64,000 nt of DNA from Antedon mediterranea (Eukaryota > Animalia > Echinodermata). The notes under the pieces were generated by a model. The model had not been told where the DNA came from, searched no databases, and saw nothing but the letters and a program-made list of their open reading frames with translations. This document shows positions 13,878-28,785 of this stretch, piece by piece. Each line of letters starts with the position of its first letter. Position 1 is the first letter of the stretch. A program made the translations under genes and the position numbers. Location of the stretch: assembly GCF_964355755.1 (NCBI RefSeq), contig NC_092676.1:5309888-5373887 (forward strand), written 5' to 3'.

Positions 13878-16800
13878 GGGTGTTTCCATAAATTAAGGGG
13901 CCAGTGGGTATTTTAGTATTGGTGATAGTTAGTTTGCTGTTTACTCTAAATTGGTAATAGTTATTTAAAAAATGATTTTATCATATGATAGAACAATAAT
14001 ATGGGTTAATACTATTACATGTTGGAAAAAAAAAATTGCAAAAAAAAACGATTTAAAAAAAAAATATATCGTGGTGTCTAGCTCATTTTATTAAAATATG
14101 TGTGACATTTAAATACACTGACATATCAGAGTTTAAAAAATATACTACAGCAATAGTTATTTTGTATTTATTTATCATCACAATAGAGTACAAAGCAACG
14201 TTAAATATAAGCTAATTACAATTTCCCACGATTTTTTGTTTTCCACACAACGGTCCGCGACGTCCAGCATCACAACGTAACATTTCGTGTCTCACTTTGT
14301 TACGTTGTTAGTACGATCTTTATTAGTGAACAGACACAAGAAGTACCACTATAATGACGAAAATCGAATTACATTCACTACAACAGATCACTGAAATTTA
14401 CCTTACACAATGTTCTACAAAATGGCGATTTTATTTAGTCAGTTACAGACGAAAAACTATTTTTTTAGAACATTTCGTGTCTCGTATATTCGTTACGTAG
14501 TTATTCATAGACCATCGGTGGTGAACGCCGCGAGAGCTATTTCTGAAGTTGAAGGTCACGTGATTCAAGAAGCAGGCGAACTAAAGTCTCGGCAAAAAAA
14601 TCATCGCTAGGATCCGCGTTAATTTCGAGTTACAGCGGTAGAGACTTTTCGTGTCCCTCTGTTACGTTGTTTCAACTGTTACGTTGTAAATAACTTATAC
14701 GCGCTTCATTGCATGTAAGTTTTGTGTATTTTTATTTTGTTAGTTTTTAGAATTTAGAAAATAGTGGGTTATAATGAAAAATACAAGAAAATTAAACGCC
14801 AAAACTATCTTCGTACTCTAACGTCAACATCATAGTCAAAAACTGAGTGTCGTATACACAATGAGACACGGTTACGTTGGTAGTTTGTTGATACTATATA
14901 GTTGATATTTGTTTTAATGTGGTAGGAATGTTGTTTATCTCATATCAGCTTCATAATGTATACCCAATGAACAGATATGTCTATAATTGATTAATATTTA
15001 ACAAATTAATGAGCAAAATTGCAAAACATTTTCCACTAGGCAGGTTACAGCGTAACATCGTAGAAGATACGCCGTGTCTTGTTACGTAGTGTACTAGACC
15101 TTATACTGGTGTAGTATTTTGCAAATAATTAGCAATTAGTTACCATAAAATCTTTAAATTTTACATTATGTGTTTGCTATTTGGTTATTGCTTCTATATG
15201 ACACAGAAAAATAAAAAGTTATTTAATTATTGTCACAAGAAATAGGGATAAAAGTCCATAGTTTACAACCACTTTCAGAATAAAAACAAATTCGTCGGTT
15301 TTGACTATTCTATTTGTTACAGTAGGAAAAAAAAGAATTGTATTTGGTTCATTTCAGTTATAATAAAAAACATATTACACAAAATAATGTGTAATATTAG
15401 TACATAATTTTGTTTATTTATTTAACGTTGCTATTCGACAAGATAAAATATGAATTAAATGTTTACTATAATATACATTTAAAATACCCTCCACTATAGT
15501 GAGCGAGTCCAAGCAACTTGGTTGTCGCGTATGCGCGCCTATCATATTTGGGCGATTTCACTTGATGTGTAGGGAATATTTAACTTGTTTCAATTACAAT
15601 CTACGGAAGATATACTAAGGTTTTATAAATTTAATAATAATTAATAACTTTATTTAAATTGATAAAAACAATTACATATAATATAAACGCAAGGCTGTGG
15701 ATAACAATTTATTATGAACGAAATCAAATCAAAACAACAAAGAACAATAGGTTCTCCTAATAGTAATAGGATAGTATTACCACGTGCTTGGGCAATGAAC
15801 TCTGCTCCACATTGCGATAAGTTTATTTTTAGCTGGCTCGGCGACTCCGAAGCTGAAAGGGGTGACTGGTATTTCTACAGGTCTGTACGATAATTATTAA
15901 GGGTTTTCCGAAATATCACGTGCTTGGCTAATGAGCTCTCCTCCACATTGAGATCGCGTTTATTTTTTAGCTGACTCGGCGACTCCGGCGGTATTTCTAC
16001 AGCGAGAGTGTATATACTCCATGTACGATGATTATTAATAGGGTTTTCCGAAACACCACGTGCTTGGCTAATAAAATTCTCCTCCAAATTGAGATCGCGT
16101 TTATTTTTAGCTGTTCAGTTTGATGGACCTTTATTTTTTAATTTTTATTGAAAACCAACGTGATTGCTGGCTCGGCGACTCCTGGTGCTCAAATTGGGTG
16201 ACTGGTATTATTTCGGTCATGGTTCGGTGAACCTTTATTTTGTTGGCCAAAACCCACACGCTTGCTTCGTCGGCTCCCTACAAAGAGATCGCGCTTAGTT
16301 TAATGGGGAACCTTTATTTACTCTTCGTTTTAAATATATTCCATAGACTTCAACATTATAACTAGTCTACTGTTTTCCCGATGTGGTTTAAAAACAATTA
16401 TAAAAGAATGAGAAATAAAGTCAACAGACATTTTACAACATTTAAAAATAATACGTAAAAAACATTTATACCCAGTATAACTAAGACAAAATTATCAGTA
16501 ACATATTAATTTTATTATAATAATAAAATGATAATAATAAATATTTGATGAATAAAATTAATATTTTAAACTAATAATCTGAAAAGAAAGCAATAGTTTT
16601 AGTCAAATCAATTTATGAGCATAACTCAAGAAAGACAAATATATACAGTGTTCATTTATTGTTTTATAATTAATAATAATAAATATTATAATCCATCAAC
16701 ATAAGATAAGAAAACACTTTCTTTAGTATAGTAGGCCTAACATATTTTATAATAATAATAGATATATTTATTTTTATTTAAATTGGTATAATTTATATTA

Positions 16801-18177
16801 AAAATACTTAATTATATACTTTATATTTCTATATGATGATGAATCAAATTTAACCCAGATGGGCAAATCTAATGTTTCATTGTCATTTTTTTCATCTATA
16901 CAGATCAGCAGTTTATCAACAATGTTACCGTTCCAATTGAGAACTGCATTTAACCCCAAAAATAGAGATGCCGCATCAACAAAAAGACCAACCAAAGAAA
17001 CATCAGCCCACAGACTGTTCTCGAATATACAGTAATTTCAGCGTAAAAAAAATTTACATAACTGAAATTAAATTATTAAACAGGGTTACATCAGGTGGTT
17101 AAAATCAGCACTGAAAGTACGAACCAACTTTATATACCATTGAGTAAACATTTTAGAAGTAATGCGCGATTTACCAAATTTTTCCCTCACGTAAATTTAT
17201 ATAGATTATACGTTTTAATGATTGAACAAGAGTGTTAATGCGAAGTATATCCAAATGTATTCTCAATGATTTTACTGTAAATGACTATTAATAGTATATT
17301 TTAGCAGTTTGTTGTGTGCAGTAGTAATTACAGTTGTCACACTTTAAAAATAATGTAGTAGTTCTTGTTGACTTATTTAAGTGAACTATTTGGTGTCTCT
17401 GTTACACGTGAAAACTTCAATTTTTTATTGCATGAATTATATTGTTTTATTGATTAAAAGATAGTATTTGATATACTATTTTTACCAGTTTATCAATTGT
17501 ATGCAGTAGTAACCACATTTGTTACACTTTAAAAATGGCTGCATATCAAAACCATTTCATAAAACATTGTGACGAGTTAAAGTGAACATTTGGTGTCTCC
17601 GTTACACGTGAAATCTTCCATTTATATTTCATGAACCATATTGTTTTATTTCCACATGGAGGTATGATCCTGATTTGACTTGTTGCTAGTAAATGTATAT
17701 ACTTGAGGTATATTCTGTTCATTTCTGTATTGTTTACATGTAATTTTTAAACAGCAGTGACTTTACAAATCTTTTATATAGAAATTAAGTCAACTTTAAC
17801 GGCTTTGCATAATTATTTCATAAGCTATTTTTTAAATTTGAAAAGGTGTGATTTAAATAATATTTTTCTGCATTGAAGATGTTCCTAAAAGCTATTTAAA
17901 AATCCAATTTAAACAGTTTTAGGTTATTAATAATAACTTATAAGAGGGGTAGATAATGTGATTTTGGTGTCTCCGTTACACGTGAAATTTGCTATGCATG
18001 TTGATACTATATAAATGCTGTTACATAGAGACAACAGATTTAATGTGTATTTTGCTTCTTTTTTTTAGTTCAAGTACATGATATACTATTTAGAATTGAT
18101 TATTAGACTTAGAATGTCACACTTTGAAATTCTGACCCTAATGTCACACCTTGGCCCCTTTATTTATGGAAACACCC
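13878..18177 (+). mobile_element. 4.3-kb non-autonomous TIR DNA transposon, copy 1 (Sola2-like ends)
   Basis: 26-bp TIRs GGGTGTTTCCATAAATTAAGGGGCCA / TGGCCCCTTTATTTATGGAAACACCC; 4-bp TSD ATGT; no transposase ORF; nested in the 13561-19186 element. Strand label is arbitrary. Confidence 0.9.
15780..16330 (+). repeat. Internal tandem repeat of about 137-140 bp (3-4 diverged units) in the 4.3-kb element; mirrored near 34915-35465
   Basis: CACGTGCTTGG...CTCCACATTG...TTTATTTTTAGCTG recurs at about 15781, 15917 and 16057, with a degenerate unit near 16257. Confidence 0.8.
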
Positions 18178-20073
18178 ATGTGCATTTAGTACGTCGCTAA
18201 GGATTACATCATCAGTCACGTAATTACAGAATACGCGATTATCAATTTAGGGATTTAACGAAATAAATATTTTGCCTACACAGTGGTCGAAGCGCGTATT
18301 TAATAGATTCGTAAATAGTAAACCCCCCCCCCCACCCCCACTTAATGGACTCTTCCAATTTTGTTTATGATCTCGCGCTCGAGAAGAACGTCTCCTCGGC
18401 ACACAACGAGGTCCTGTTGTTTGTGCGATGGATTTTCTTATGCCTATTGTTTACCTGTGGAATTAAATTACACACACTATCGCATCACAACTTTAATTAC
18501 TGATTTACACAGCAATGGGCAAAGGATTCACCAAAAAAGAATACGTTGAATAAATGCCGTAAGCTGTTTTCAAACTATTGATCAGCCCACTGTTATTCCA
18601 ACATCATGCCTCTCGTGCGATAGGGAATTTCCTGGATAGAGACGAGTGGAGCGCGAGAGACGGCGGAGTGAGGCGGGCGTAGCTTGGACGGATTAGTTAG
18701 GGCCTACCAATTTCGCTCAGTGGCAATTAAATTTAATGTTTTAATTACGTCTGGATATAAACAATATAAAACTCAGTTTTGTCATCGGCAATAATATTTT
18801 ATACATAGGCTTAGTCAATTTTGTTCCGCTTCAAATTTTAAAAGTTTGATGTTTCGACCTAAAAAAAAGTTGGTCGAAACATCTCGGGACGAATCGTCCA
18901 TAGGCCGAAACGCCCTTGATTTGGCTAGCATGAAAGCATGTCTTGATCTTTTTTTAATCTGGCTAAAAAGGGTACTACTACTACTACTACAGCTTTGCCT
19001 AGCTAGCTAGGCCTACACCTAAAAGCTAGGCCTAGGTCTACACCTAAATAAATTCAGATTTGTGTAGAATTTAACTGTTTTACCGAAAAAAATTGTGATT
19101 GCTAGTTATGCTGCTGATTTTGCTAGTTAATTTTTTTACAACTAGCAAAGTTTGCTTGTCGAAAAAAAAGTAAATTTCGAGCCCTGTAGTAGGTTATTGT
19201 GATTGAAAGTTACTGTATATCAGTATCATTTTAAAACAAATTTCACTTAATAAAGATGTTGTTGGACTATACCATTTATTGACAGGGGTGTATTTTCCCT
19301 TTTTTCAAGTTATATCTCACTTTCCGCGGAGAATAGTGTAGGCTATTATTAGTTTATCCAGGCAAGATACAGTAGTAGTAGGCACCAAATAGACTGGGTG
19401 AAGTTTAGGAGGTACTGTAGGTTGATAACTTAGAAACAAGGTACTGGATCTGAATCTACAGTACCTATACACAAATAGTAGGGAGTATTGTATTTGATTT
19501 GAGACAACCCACAGAACTAGATTTAAATTTTGAGTTAGGTTTACTGTAAACCACCCCCCCCCCCCCCCCCCACTCCCCAAAAATACTTAATTTTCCAATC
19601 TGATTTTCATGTGTTGTATTATTGATAATAGTACCCTCGTAAAATGGGTACAAAGAGTAGCGCTCCTGAAGTTGTAAAGTTCTTGATTGTTTAATACAGT
19701 CCAGCTTACCTGGACACACTGTTTACGTGAATATATTGATTTCTTTTGAACTGGATCTATACATTGAGGGAAGGTCTATTGTGCAAGATAAATTGTGGAC
19801 TATTCAATTATTTAGAGCTATGTTTAAAAGTCCAGTGTAAATAGACAAACAGTAGACAATGTGTCCTTTTTGTAATGTCCTGTTGGTAGTCTTGGCTACA
19901 AAATAAATCAACTTTTTAACATGAAAATGTTTCATTTGATCACTGTTATAGTTCAAAGTTAATTAGTTTGTTTTATGTATGCATTGGCAACGTACTATTG
20001 CACGGTTTTTGTTAAGACACGGATGCAGATAATTTTATGTGGCTATTTTAGTTAGGACTCTGCTATTTTATAA

Positions 20074-20227
20074 AGCTCTGCCTACACTATCAAACTAGTT
20101 TGACAAAAAAAAGTGTGATGTGCCCAAATATGGTAGTGATATGCCCAAATATGTTAGTGATAATATGACATCATGTCCATATATGGACACATCACATTTT
20201 GTTGTCACATATAGTGTAGACAGAGCT
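20074..20227. mobile_element. MITE family A
   Basis: TIRs and CCCAAATATGGTAGTGAT core. Confidence 0.8.
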
Positions 20228-20461
20228 TTAGTCTACAGTGTACATGTAGGTTTATAATGGTACTTGCTGGTTGGGTTTTTAATTTACTTTCAATTAAATC
20301 TTTCACAACTTGTAGGTTTGCTTTTATTATAATAGTAGATTAAAACAAGGAAGTGTTAAGCCCTGGGTACCATTAAACATTGCTCATTTCTTTATCAACA
20401 TTACTAAACTTGTACTAAAGTATAATTCTTAAAGTTTCTTATACATATTATCATACAGTAG

Positions 20462-20636
20462 CAGGGAATAATTTCGCCAGTGTAGCATAGCAAAAAGCTA
20501 TACAAAACAACCTTCTTGCTGCACATTTCTACAATTGTGTAGCAAAATATACTATAGAAAACTATGTTTCTCGACTAAAAAATCAGTTTTATTAGCAATA
20601 TTGCTAAACAAAATTTTAAGATGAAATTTTTCCCTG
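20462..20636. mobile_element. 175-bp hAT-like MITE with 5-bp TSD
   Basis: CAGGGAATAATTTC...GAAATTTTTCCCTG flanked by AGTAG on both sides. Confidence 0.75.
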
Positions 20637-22688
20637 AGTAGTATCGAAAACTGCCATAGATTCTATACTATGACTCACCATACAAAATCTATATTTAGAT
20701 GAATTCAATGGTTGAATAAAAACAATATGACTCAAATTTTATTTTTAATGTATACAATATTTTAAAAAGAAGGGATGGACTGGAGGGATGAAAGGGGAGG
20801 AGGATATGAAGAGAAATATTAACAGAATTGTAATAAATAATGATAGTTTTATTTAAAATTTGGTATCTAAAATATTAACCACATATACGGTATATGAAAA
20901 ATTAAATAGCAGCAGGAGCAGCATACTTAGCAAATACAGTACCAAATTTGGCTAATTAAGGATTAATTTACTGTAATTTAGCACTTTTTAATATATATTT
21001 ATTACTTTCATTCATTAATTAATGGTTTAACATAAAGAATTGTATACAAATGCTTTTTAATTTTTAATTTGCTATTTGATACCCTTTGAACAATTTAGAA
21101 GTTTATGAGACAATTATTTTTAAACATTATTGAAAGCATGCCTTAAATAATTATTCAGACGGTTAAAAAGTAAACAAACTTACTGCAGTAGAAAATAATT
21201 TTGACATGATCCCTAAATTAATTTAATGTTATTTATTGTTAATACATAAATTGTGTTTATTTGAATAAACGTAGAGTAACTCCACGAATCAATGAATTAT
21301 TCATTTACTGTCTGACAGAATTTATTAAGATAGATCAATCTTGCATTAAACGTTCATACGTTAAGCGAACAGAGCATGTCTCCAGAATGGCTAATTAATC
21401 TTGCATGTTCGTAGACTGATGATTTAAAAATGTCATGTGGGTCGCAGGTAGGGTCAGAACAAGGTCACAAAGGGTCAAAGAAAATTCTTTCTCAATAATA
21501 CCGTATGTGAATACTTTGCAATACAGTTGGATTTAAGTATTCAAAACATACAAAGGTACTTTTCCTTGAAAAAATATCATCATGAATTTAAATGCGATTC
21601 TAAAATTTGTATCGCAATAAGATTTTTTCAGACAACTTGACAGACTTTTACAAATTAAATTGGACTTCTGTATTGTATTGTTATGCCTCTATTTTTTATT
21701 TTATCATGAACCTCGAACATACAGTAGTTACAGTATGATGGTAAAACAAGTCTGGAAAAGGGAGTTAGAAACCAGTTTACACATCTGGTTTCTGTGCACT
21801 TGAAAGAATCCAGTGTATCTTACTGTAAGTAAAGAGTACTGTATTAGAGAAAGGGTTACCCTGGTGCCAAACCCTGACAAATGAGTGCCATTTGGTGGCA
21901 GCCTATAATGGAGGGACCTTTTACGAGAGTGAGAAAATAATGTTTGGTTTGGTGCATTAATATAAATACACTTTTTTTAATGAATTTAAAGTGCTTTGAT
22001 AAAATTGCTACTAAAAGCAATTCTTTAAATATTCGAAAATACAGTACACATTGTATTTAAAGTACCAATTCAACTGAATCCCACCTCAACTGAATCCCTA
22101 GAACTGTATGTGTACTGTTAGTACAGTACTTTAGGCCATTATTGTAAAAGTACTAGTAGATTTAATCTATTGTTCAGGTAGGAAGCTACCAATTGTGATG
22201 ATGTAATCACCATGCTTTCAATTATGTAATCACTCATTGAAAATTCTGAAGCTTTTATGAATGGTCAATTCAATTGTGCAATATGCAACAGGGGGAGTCA
22301 AAAGCTTTTAATCTATAAATTTGTTTTAAATTAACATTGAATAATTAAAAAGTATAATAAATTGTATTTAAAACAAGATCAAACATTAAACTTAAGATCT
22401 TAAAAGAATTGTTTTAAATAATTTTTTCAGATCATATACTTACACCATAGTTTTTATCATGTTTTTGTTAATATACAAAATAAATAAAACATGCTATTGC
22501 TATTTTTGGTAGGTAAATTATTGTATTGTAAAGACCATCTCAGACAGAATCATACCAGACCTGACGAAACGTCTTGATTCGTTGGTGCTGTCAGATTTGA
22601 ATCCCGACGTTGGTCGTTGTTTTATGTCGTCGGGAAAACAAATTGGTATAATTTTCTTGTTGTACAATGCTGTCCGAGTTGGCCTTAA

Positions 22689-22892
22689 AGCTTGGTTCCC
22701 ACTAGGGACGAAACGTAAAGCAATCTACGCAACGAGCCAGTCATTTCTAATAATTGTGTTAGCCCCCGCCTGCGTGAAATCCAACCTGCAATGTTTGCAA
22801 CACTTGTTGCGTCGTCAGTTCCCACTTGTGATTACGCAATACAACACTTTGCGGTATACGTCGCTGCATTGCGTTCTAGTGGGAACCACGCC
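22689..22892. mobile_element. MITE family B1, about 150 bp past the HIPK large-exon donor
   Basis: Same TIRs and CCTGCGTGAAAT core. Confidence 0.8.
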
Positions 22893-23038
22893 TTAGAAAA
22901 CAGTTCTTCCATTTGAAAGTACAGTAAATGTTGTAATGTATTGTCAAGTGATAGGGTAGTGGTACTATACTTAAATGCTAAAATTAATATGAATCGGACC
23001 ACAGTTTTGAACAAAAAACAAAAATAGCGATAGACTTA

Positions 23039-24082
<1,044 letters not shown>

Positions 24083-27000
24083 TTATTCCATTATGGTGGA
24101 GGAGTACTTTAACTTTTCGTATCTAATCCCTCCCTCTGGAGAGCATGGGCTATTACTGGTTTATCCAGGTAAGCTAGGCACGAAATAGACTATCAGAATC
24201 TCAACACTTACATGTTTTTAAATATCTAGAATGTAGCTTAAAAATGTCTACAGATTTATTAGTAAAAACAAATCAACATAAAATTGTCATCTATGTTGGT
24301 GATTCACCATCTGTGTTCTGTGATCAAATACACTTACTCATGCAAATGCAATCAATTAATATTAATAAAATATCATCCATGTCATGAAAATAAACACAAT
24401 GAAAAATAATCATATTATAATAAAAAATAACATAAAATAAAATGTCAAATTCTAAATAATATAGCATAAAATCAATAATGATTCCTTTCATGAAAATAAA
24501 ACAAAGAGTGAAAGAAAGAATAGGGACCACATCAAACATGTGGTCTACTGCAGTTACTCTATGATGTTTACTTTTCACCTGTTTATGCAATGATGGGGTT
24601 TTCTTCTGTGATGCAATTTAAACCAGCTTTTGCCTCACAACTGTTGCCTCATTGTAAACAAACTAAAATAGTACTGTAGATTGTGCAGAGAAAATTGCGC
24701 AATTTAAAGCAGTAGAATGATGTTGGCATGATCCTTTTAAATACTTTAAATATTCTGTGAAACATCCATAGGTTTTGCTTTGTGAAGGTAATCAAAAAAA
24801 GGTTGAACATTGTAGAATGTCCAGTCAGCTGTGGTCAGTACTTTTTAAATGTCCAATTTAAAAGTTTGCAAGCTTATTTTGGATAAAATTAAAAGCAAGT
24901 CTTTTAAGATTTATGCAGGGTGCAGTGTTATGTGTAAAGGGAGTGGTCGGCCACACCCAACGTTAACCAGCATTTGTTCTTTGCTAATAAGAAAGCTAAT
25001 TAACACTTTATTTAATATAGTATTTCTTCTTTGTTAACAAAAACTACATGACAAAATAAATAAGAAAATAAGACTTAATTTTTTCCACGGCGTAAAAAAT
25101 AATGAAAACATAAATACGCATGCACATTGATTCGCGCAAATAAATTTACCAAGTGGAAAACAGGCTTTAACTATTAAGAAACTCGCATGAATACTTGATT
25201 AACTACTTTGTCTATGTAGGAAGAAAATAATGGGATAAATGCGATGTTAAGAACCTCAACTAAATACCAAGACTTGAAACAGTTCAAAATAAGTATTTGA
25301 ACGGTCTATTAAAACCACCTGAAATTCTATTATGACCAAACAATAATTTTGAATTGACCGTAGTTAGATCGCCCTGGGCCGAATCACGCAAGTGTGAAAG
25401 GACTTTTAACCAATTACAAACCTACAAAAGTCTTGATCATACTGAACTTTACAGTACAGTAATTTGGTCTAAATAAACTGACTTGCCTAGTGCGAACAAT
25501 GGTCAAATTTAACAATTGGTAGAGTTTAAACCTATTGATTAAACATACATTTTTCAAGCCCAGTGCGAACAAGGCCTACTGTAAGCCTGTGATAATGTAC
25601 ATTTGATAGACATGTTTATGATATTTTACTGACAACTTACTGTCCCTTGAGCTCTTCTTCAAGGACCATTCAGTCGTAAATATGAACTTTTCACCCTTAT
25701 AAAAATCTTACAATTTTAAATGTCAGTCAAAATATGCTTATTGACCTCAACAAACTACTACTAATAATAATAATTTTGATAAAGGCATAATGTGGTATTG
25801 TGTAGCAATTGGCTTTGTTACATACACTGCCGAAAAATATATTCCTAAATTGATGGTGCTTTGCTACCTAAACCTGTTGAACGTAGAAGTGATAAACTGG
25901 TTTTCAGACCAGAAGTCTTGTACTAATGCTTTTTTTTACTCTGTTTTTATTTCATTTTCACGGATGTGGGATAAGATTCCGGTCTATATCACAGACATGT
26001 TATTTACAATGAAAGAAATTTTGATTCTGTTTTAAATATAAATTCTATGTAACCGGATTATTAAATTTTTAACCTACTGTAACTTTGCCAGGAAAGTCTT
26101 CTAAAGCGATATTTTTGCTTTCTGACAATCCGCCAGGATAGTGTCCTGCGTTTTTCTATGAATTGTTTTATTTTTATGTAATTTATGCTTTTTGTATTAT
26201 TGTATTTCTTTTAGTTTTTAGTGGGAAATAAATAAATATGAATATGAAGGGCAAATGTTGCCTGAAATCTCTGCTAATTTTTCTGGCCGTTTTACCATTT
26301 TGATTTAGCTTTTTACTTATTTTATTTTGTATCGTCATTGAGACTCAGCCATTGATACCCACAGCCTTCTCAATTTTTTCAGTAATTTATATTCATAATA
26401 TATATAATATATATTGATATAATTATTCATTAAAATAATGGACTTATCAATCCATTTGAATTAAGGTAAAACTCTATTTAAAATTAAAACTTAAAATGTT
26501 CTTAGTACGAACAAACATGATGTTAATAAGCTTGGGTCAGCCGATTCGGAGCCCTATCAATTACTCGCTATCAAATCTACAACTTTCCAAAAGGATATGA
26601 CGGTCGGTCGAGTATTAGTGAAAGAGATATGAATCACAAAACAACATATTGACCAAAGAGTACAGCTTTACAATACAGCATTTTACAGTCTTGAACAATA
26701 CAATTAATTTCAGCTTATTTAAAGGGTACTGAAAGGATTAGGTAGGTTTGTGGAAGGGGTTGGGGAGGCAGCCAAAGGATCACAATCAGACTAACATATT
26801 TCATTCAAATCAAATTAAAGTAAACACAAATTTCAATTTTTTTTTTTTTTGTCAAATTAAAAGCAGTATAAAAATCATATGGCAAGTGGTATATTCTGCC
26901 GACAAATATTATCCATGCTCTAGCAATAGCATAATAAATATTGGAATTACCCTGTATCAAATGGTCTGACCTATGTTATATAGCTTAGCACCAAGGTTAT

Positions 27001-28434
27001 AAAGCACATTGTGCAATACTAATCAAGTTTTACTGAGTGCAGTCAAGCGTGATATTTTCCAGGGATTACTGGCAAACAGCTAGACGACTAACGGTTGTTG
27101 ATCCCGTTGTTTTCACTGCAACAAGCAGAAAATAATCATTGCAATGCGTAAGCACTGGGATTGCAAACAAAACATGTGACGACGATATTCATCATTTTTA
27201 AACGTTAATTACTAATAGATACGTAGAACAAGGTTCTAGATGCGTCCAACTGGAATACTGTATATAAATAATAATGGCGTTTCAAAACTATAATCCTTTT
27301 CCAGAATTTAAATTGTAAAATTGTAGATCTAAATTTTTATTATATATTAATATATATGTTTGCTTAATTTAACATTTCAATTATTTTCTATATTTCACAT
27401 TTTCTTATTCAGATTTTTAGTCTTATGTAATTAATTTTATTTTTTGGTTTTTGTTTTTGTTTTTACTTTTCTGTTTTTATTGTATTTTGTATATTGTATC
27501 TGTTCTGAGGGTCCCAAATGATCAGCAAATGCTGGATGGATCACCTCATTAAATATGGTTAAAATAAAAATTAAATGCCAATTTAACTATTTATCTAACA
27601 ATTTAACAAATTCACTTAAAATATTAAATATTTTATTCTTTACATTCTATTCTACTGTACACTATATTAAATGTTTCAATTATAGCGATGAATAAACCCA
27701 TTATTTTTACGGGGTAAAGGTCAAATTAAAAAAAAACGTTTAAAATTCTGGAGCTGCATGAATTTTTCCATTGATTTTGGATGAGTAGTTATTTGTACTG
27801 TATGTATACCCTGGGTGGTTTGATGAGCACTGGGAGTGAGCTCTAGAGGTAAGATGTAGATGTAGGCTATGCCACTAAACTGGTTAAAAAACAATGTATA
27901 ATATTAATATGTTCTTTGCTTTTTTACCTCGCAACTAAAAATTAAACATAATAACATTGCTTTATTTAAACCACTATACACAGTAGTATAGTTGATTTAT
28001 AATTGTTGGTGTTTGACATCTTAATAAAAATGAAAAACACTGCTGACTGACTTCTAAGAAAAACGCTGGTAGGTAGGAAAGGTCAATCTCATGCCGTCGT
28101 TGAAACTAAATAAAACTCCCACTGTGCCATGTCACGACGACTCTGTAGGCGTTTATCCAAAACCAATGAGTTGCTCAACTTAAATCAGTAAACATCTATT
28201 GTTTCTGTGTCCACACTGCGTTTGTTTGCAACCCGATCCTAATAGCCAGCAACGGCTTCTCTAAGCACAGCTGTTGACTAACAAGTGGATCACAGCTTTT
28301 TATATTATAATAATCGTATTGGATTATTATTATTATCATATACCTTTTAATAATTAATTCTGTAGCATTTGAAATAAAAATATGTATTCCTGTCCTACTG
28401 CTACAATACACCACTCCTTTGGGCCTATGTCGGT

Positions 28435-28785
28435 TTATTTTATTTTTTTTAATTTTATTTTATTTAATCGAAACAAACAGCGATAATTACCGCCACTAAA
28501 CAGGTTTGATACAAACAAAGCCAGGACTGTTTAAAGCACCTTGATTGGTCCTTACATTGATCAAGGGCTTCTCTCGTCCAGTGCCCACCTTGACCATAGG
28601 AAAGGCATGGGCCAATACGCCTGAAGCAGATACTAGATGCAGGGGCTGCCATAAGAAGAGTCAGCAGTGCTGATTTCAAATGCCTAACGGGAGCCCATCT
28701 CCATCTACAGCACCCGATATTCCCAGATGGTCTCCCATCCAAGTTCTAACCAGGCCCAACGTAGTTTAACTTCAGTGATCTGACA
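28435..28785 (-). mobile_element. 5S rRNA-derived SINE (SINE3-type), 5'-truncated
   Basis: 28785-28705 reads GTCAGATCACTGAAGTTAAACTACGTTGGGCCTGGTTAGAACTTGGATGGGAGACCATCTGGGAATATCGGGTGCTGTAG, the 3' two-thirds of 5S with box C. It continues into a non-5S body and an A-rich tail, with no T-run terminator. Confidence 0.75.

Larger units (their letters stand above)
13561..19186. mobile_element. About 1.3-kb hAT-like non-autonomous element split by the 4.3-kb insertion
   Basis: TIR CAGGGCTCGAAATT / AATTTCGAGCCCTG; subterminal CTAGCA/TGCTAG repeats; flanking direct repeat TAGTA. Confidence 0.8.

Noticed and set aside
15875-16087. Duplicated ORFs (MEENF..., MVGLF..., MFYKM...) as a conserved gene set
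   Set aside because: Their identity only reflects the recent transposon copy; they are short, partly tandem-repeat derived and show no known domain.
18623-18632. NF-kB-like GGGAATTTCC, and similar sites near 45946 and 57449
   Set aside because: Isolated 9-10-mers, one inside a transposon; nothing supports function.
22556-22576. CTGACGAAACGTC as a hammerhead core
   Set aside because: There is no stem II between CUGANGA and GAAA.
28705-28785. Functional 5S rRNA gene
   Set aside because: About 40 nt of the 5' end are missing, it is diverged, and it has no T-run terminator.
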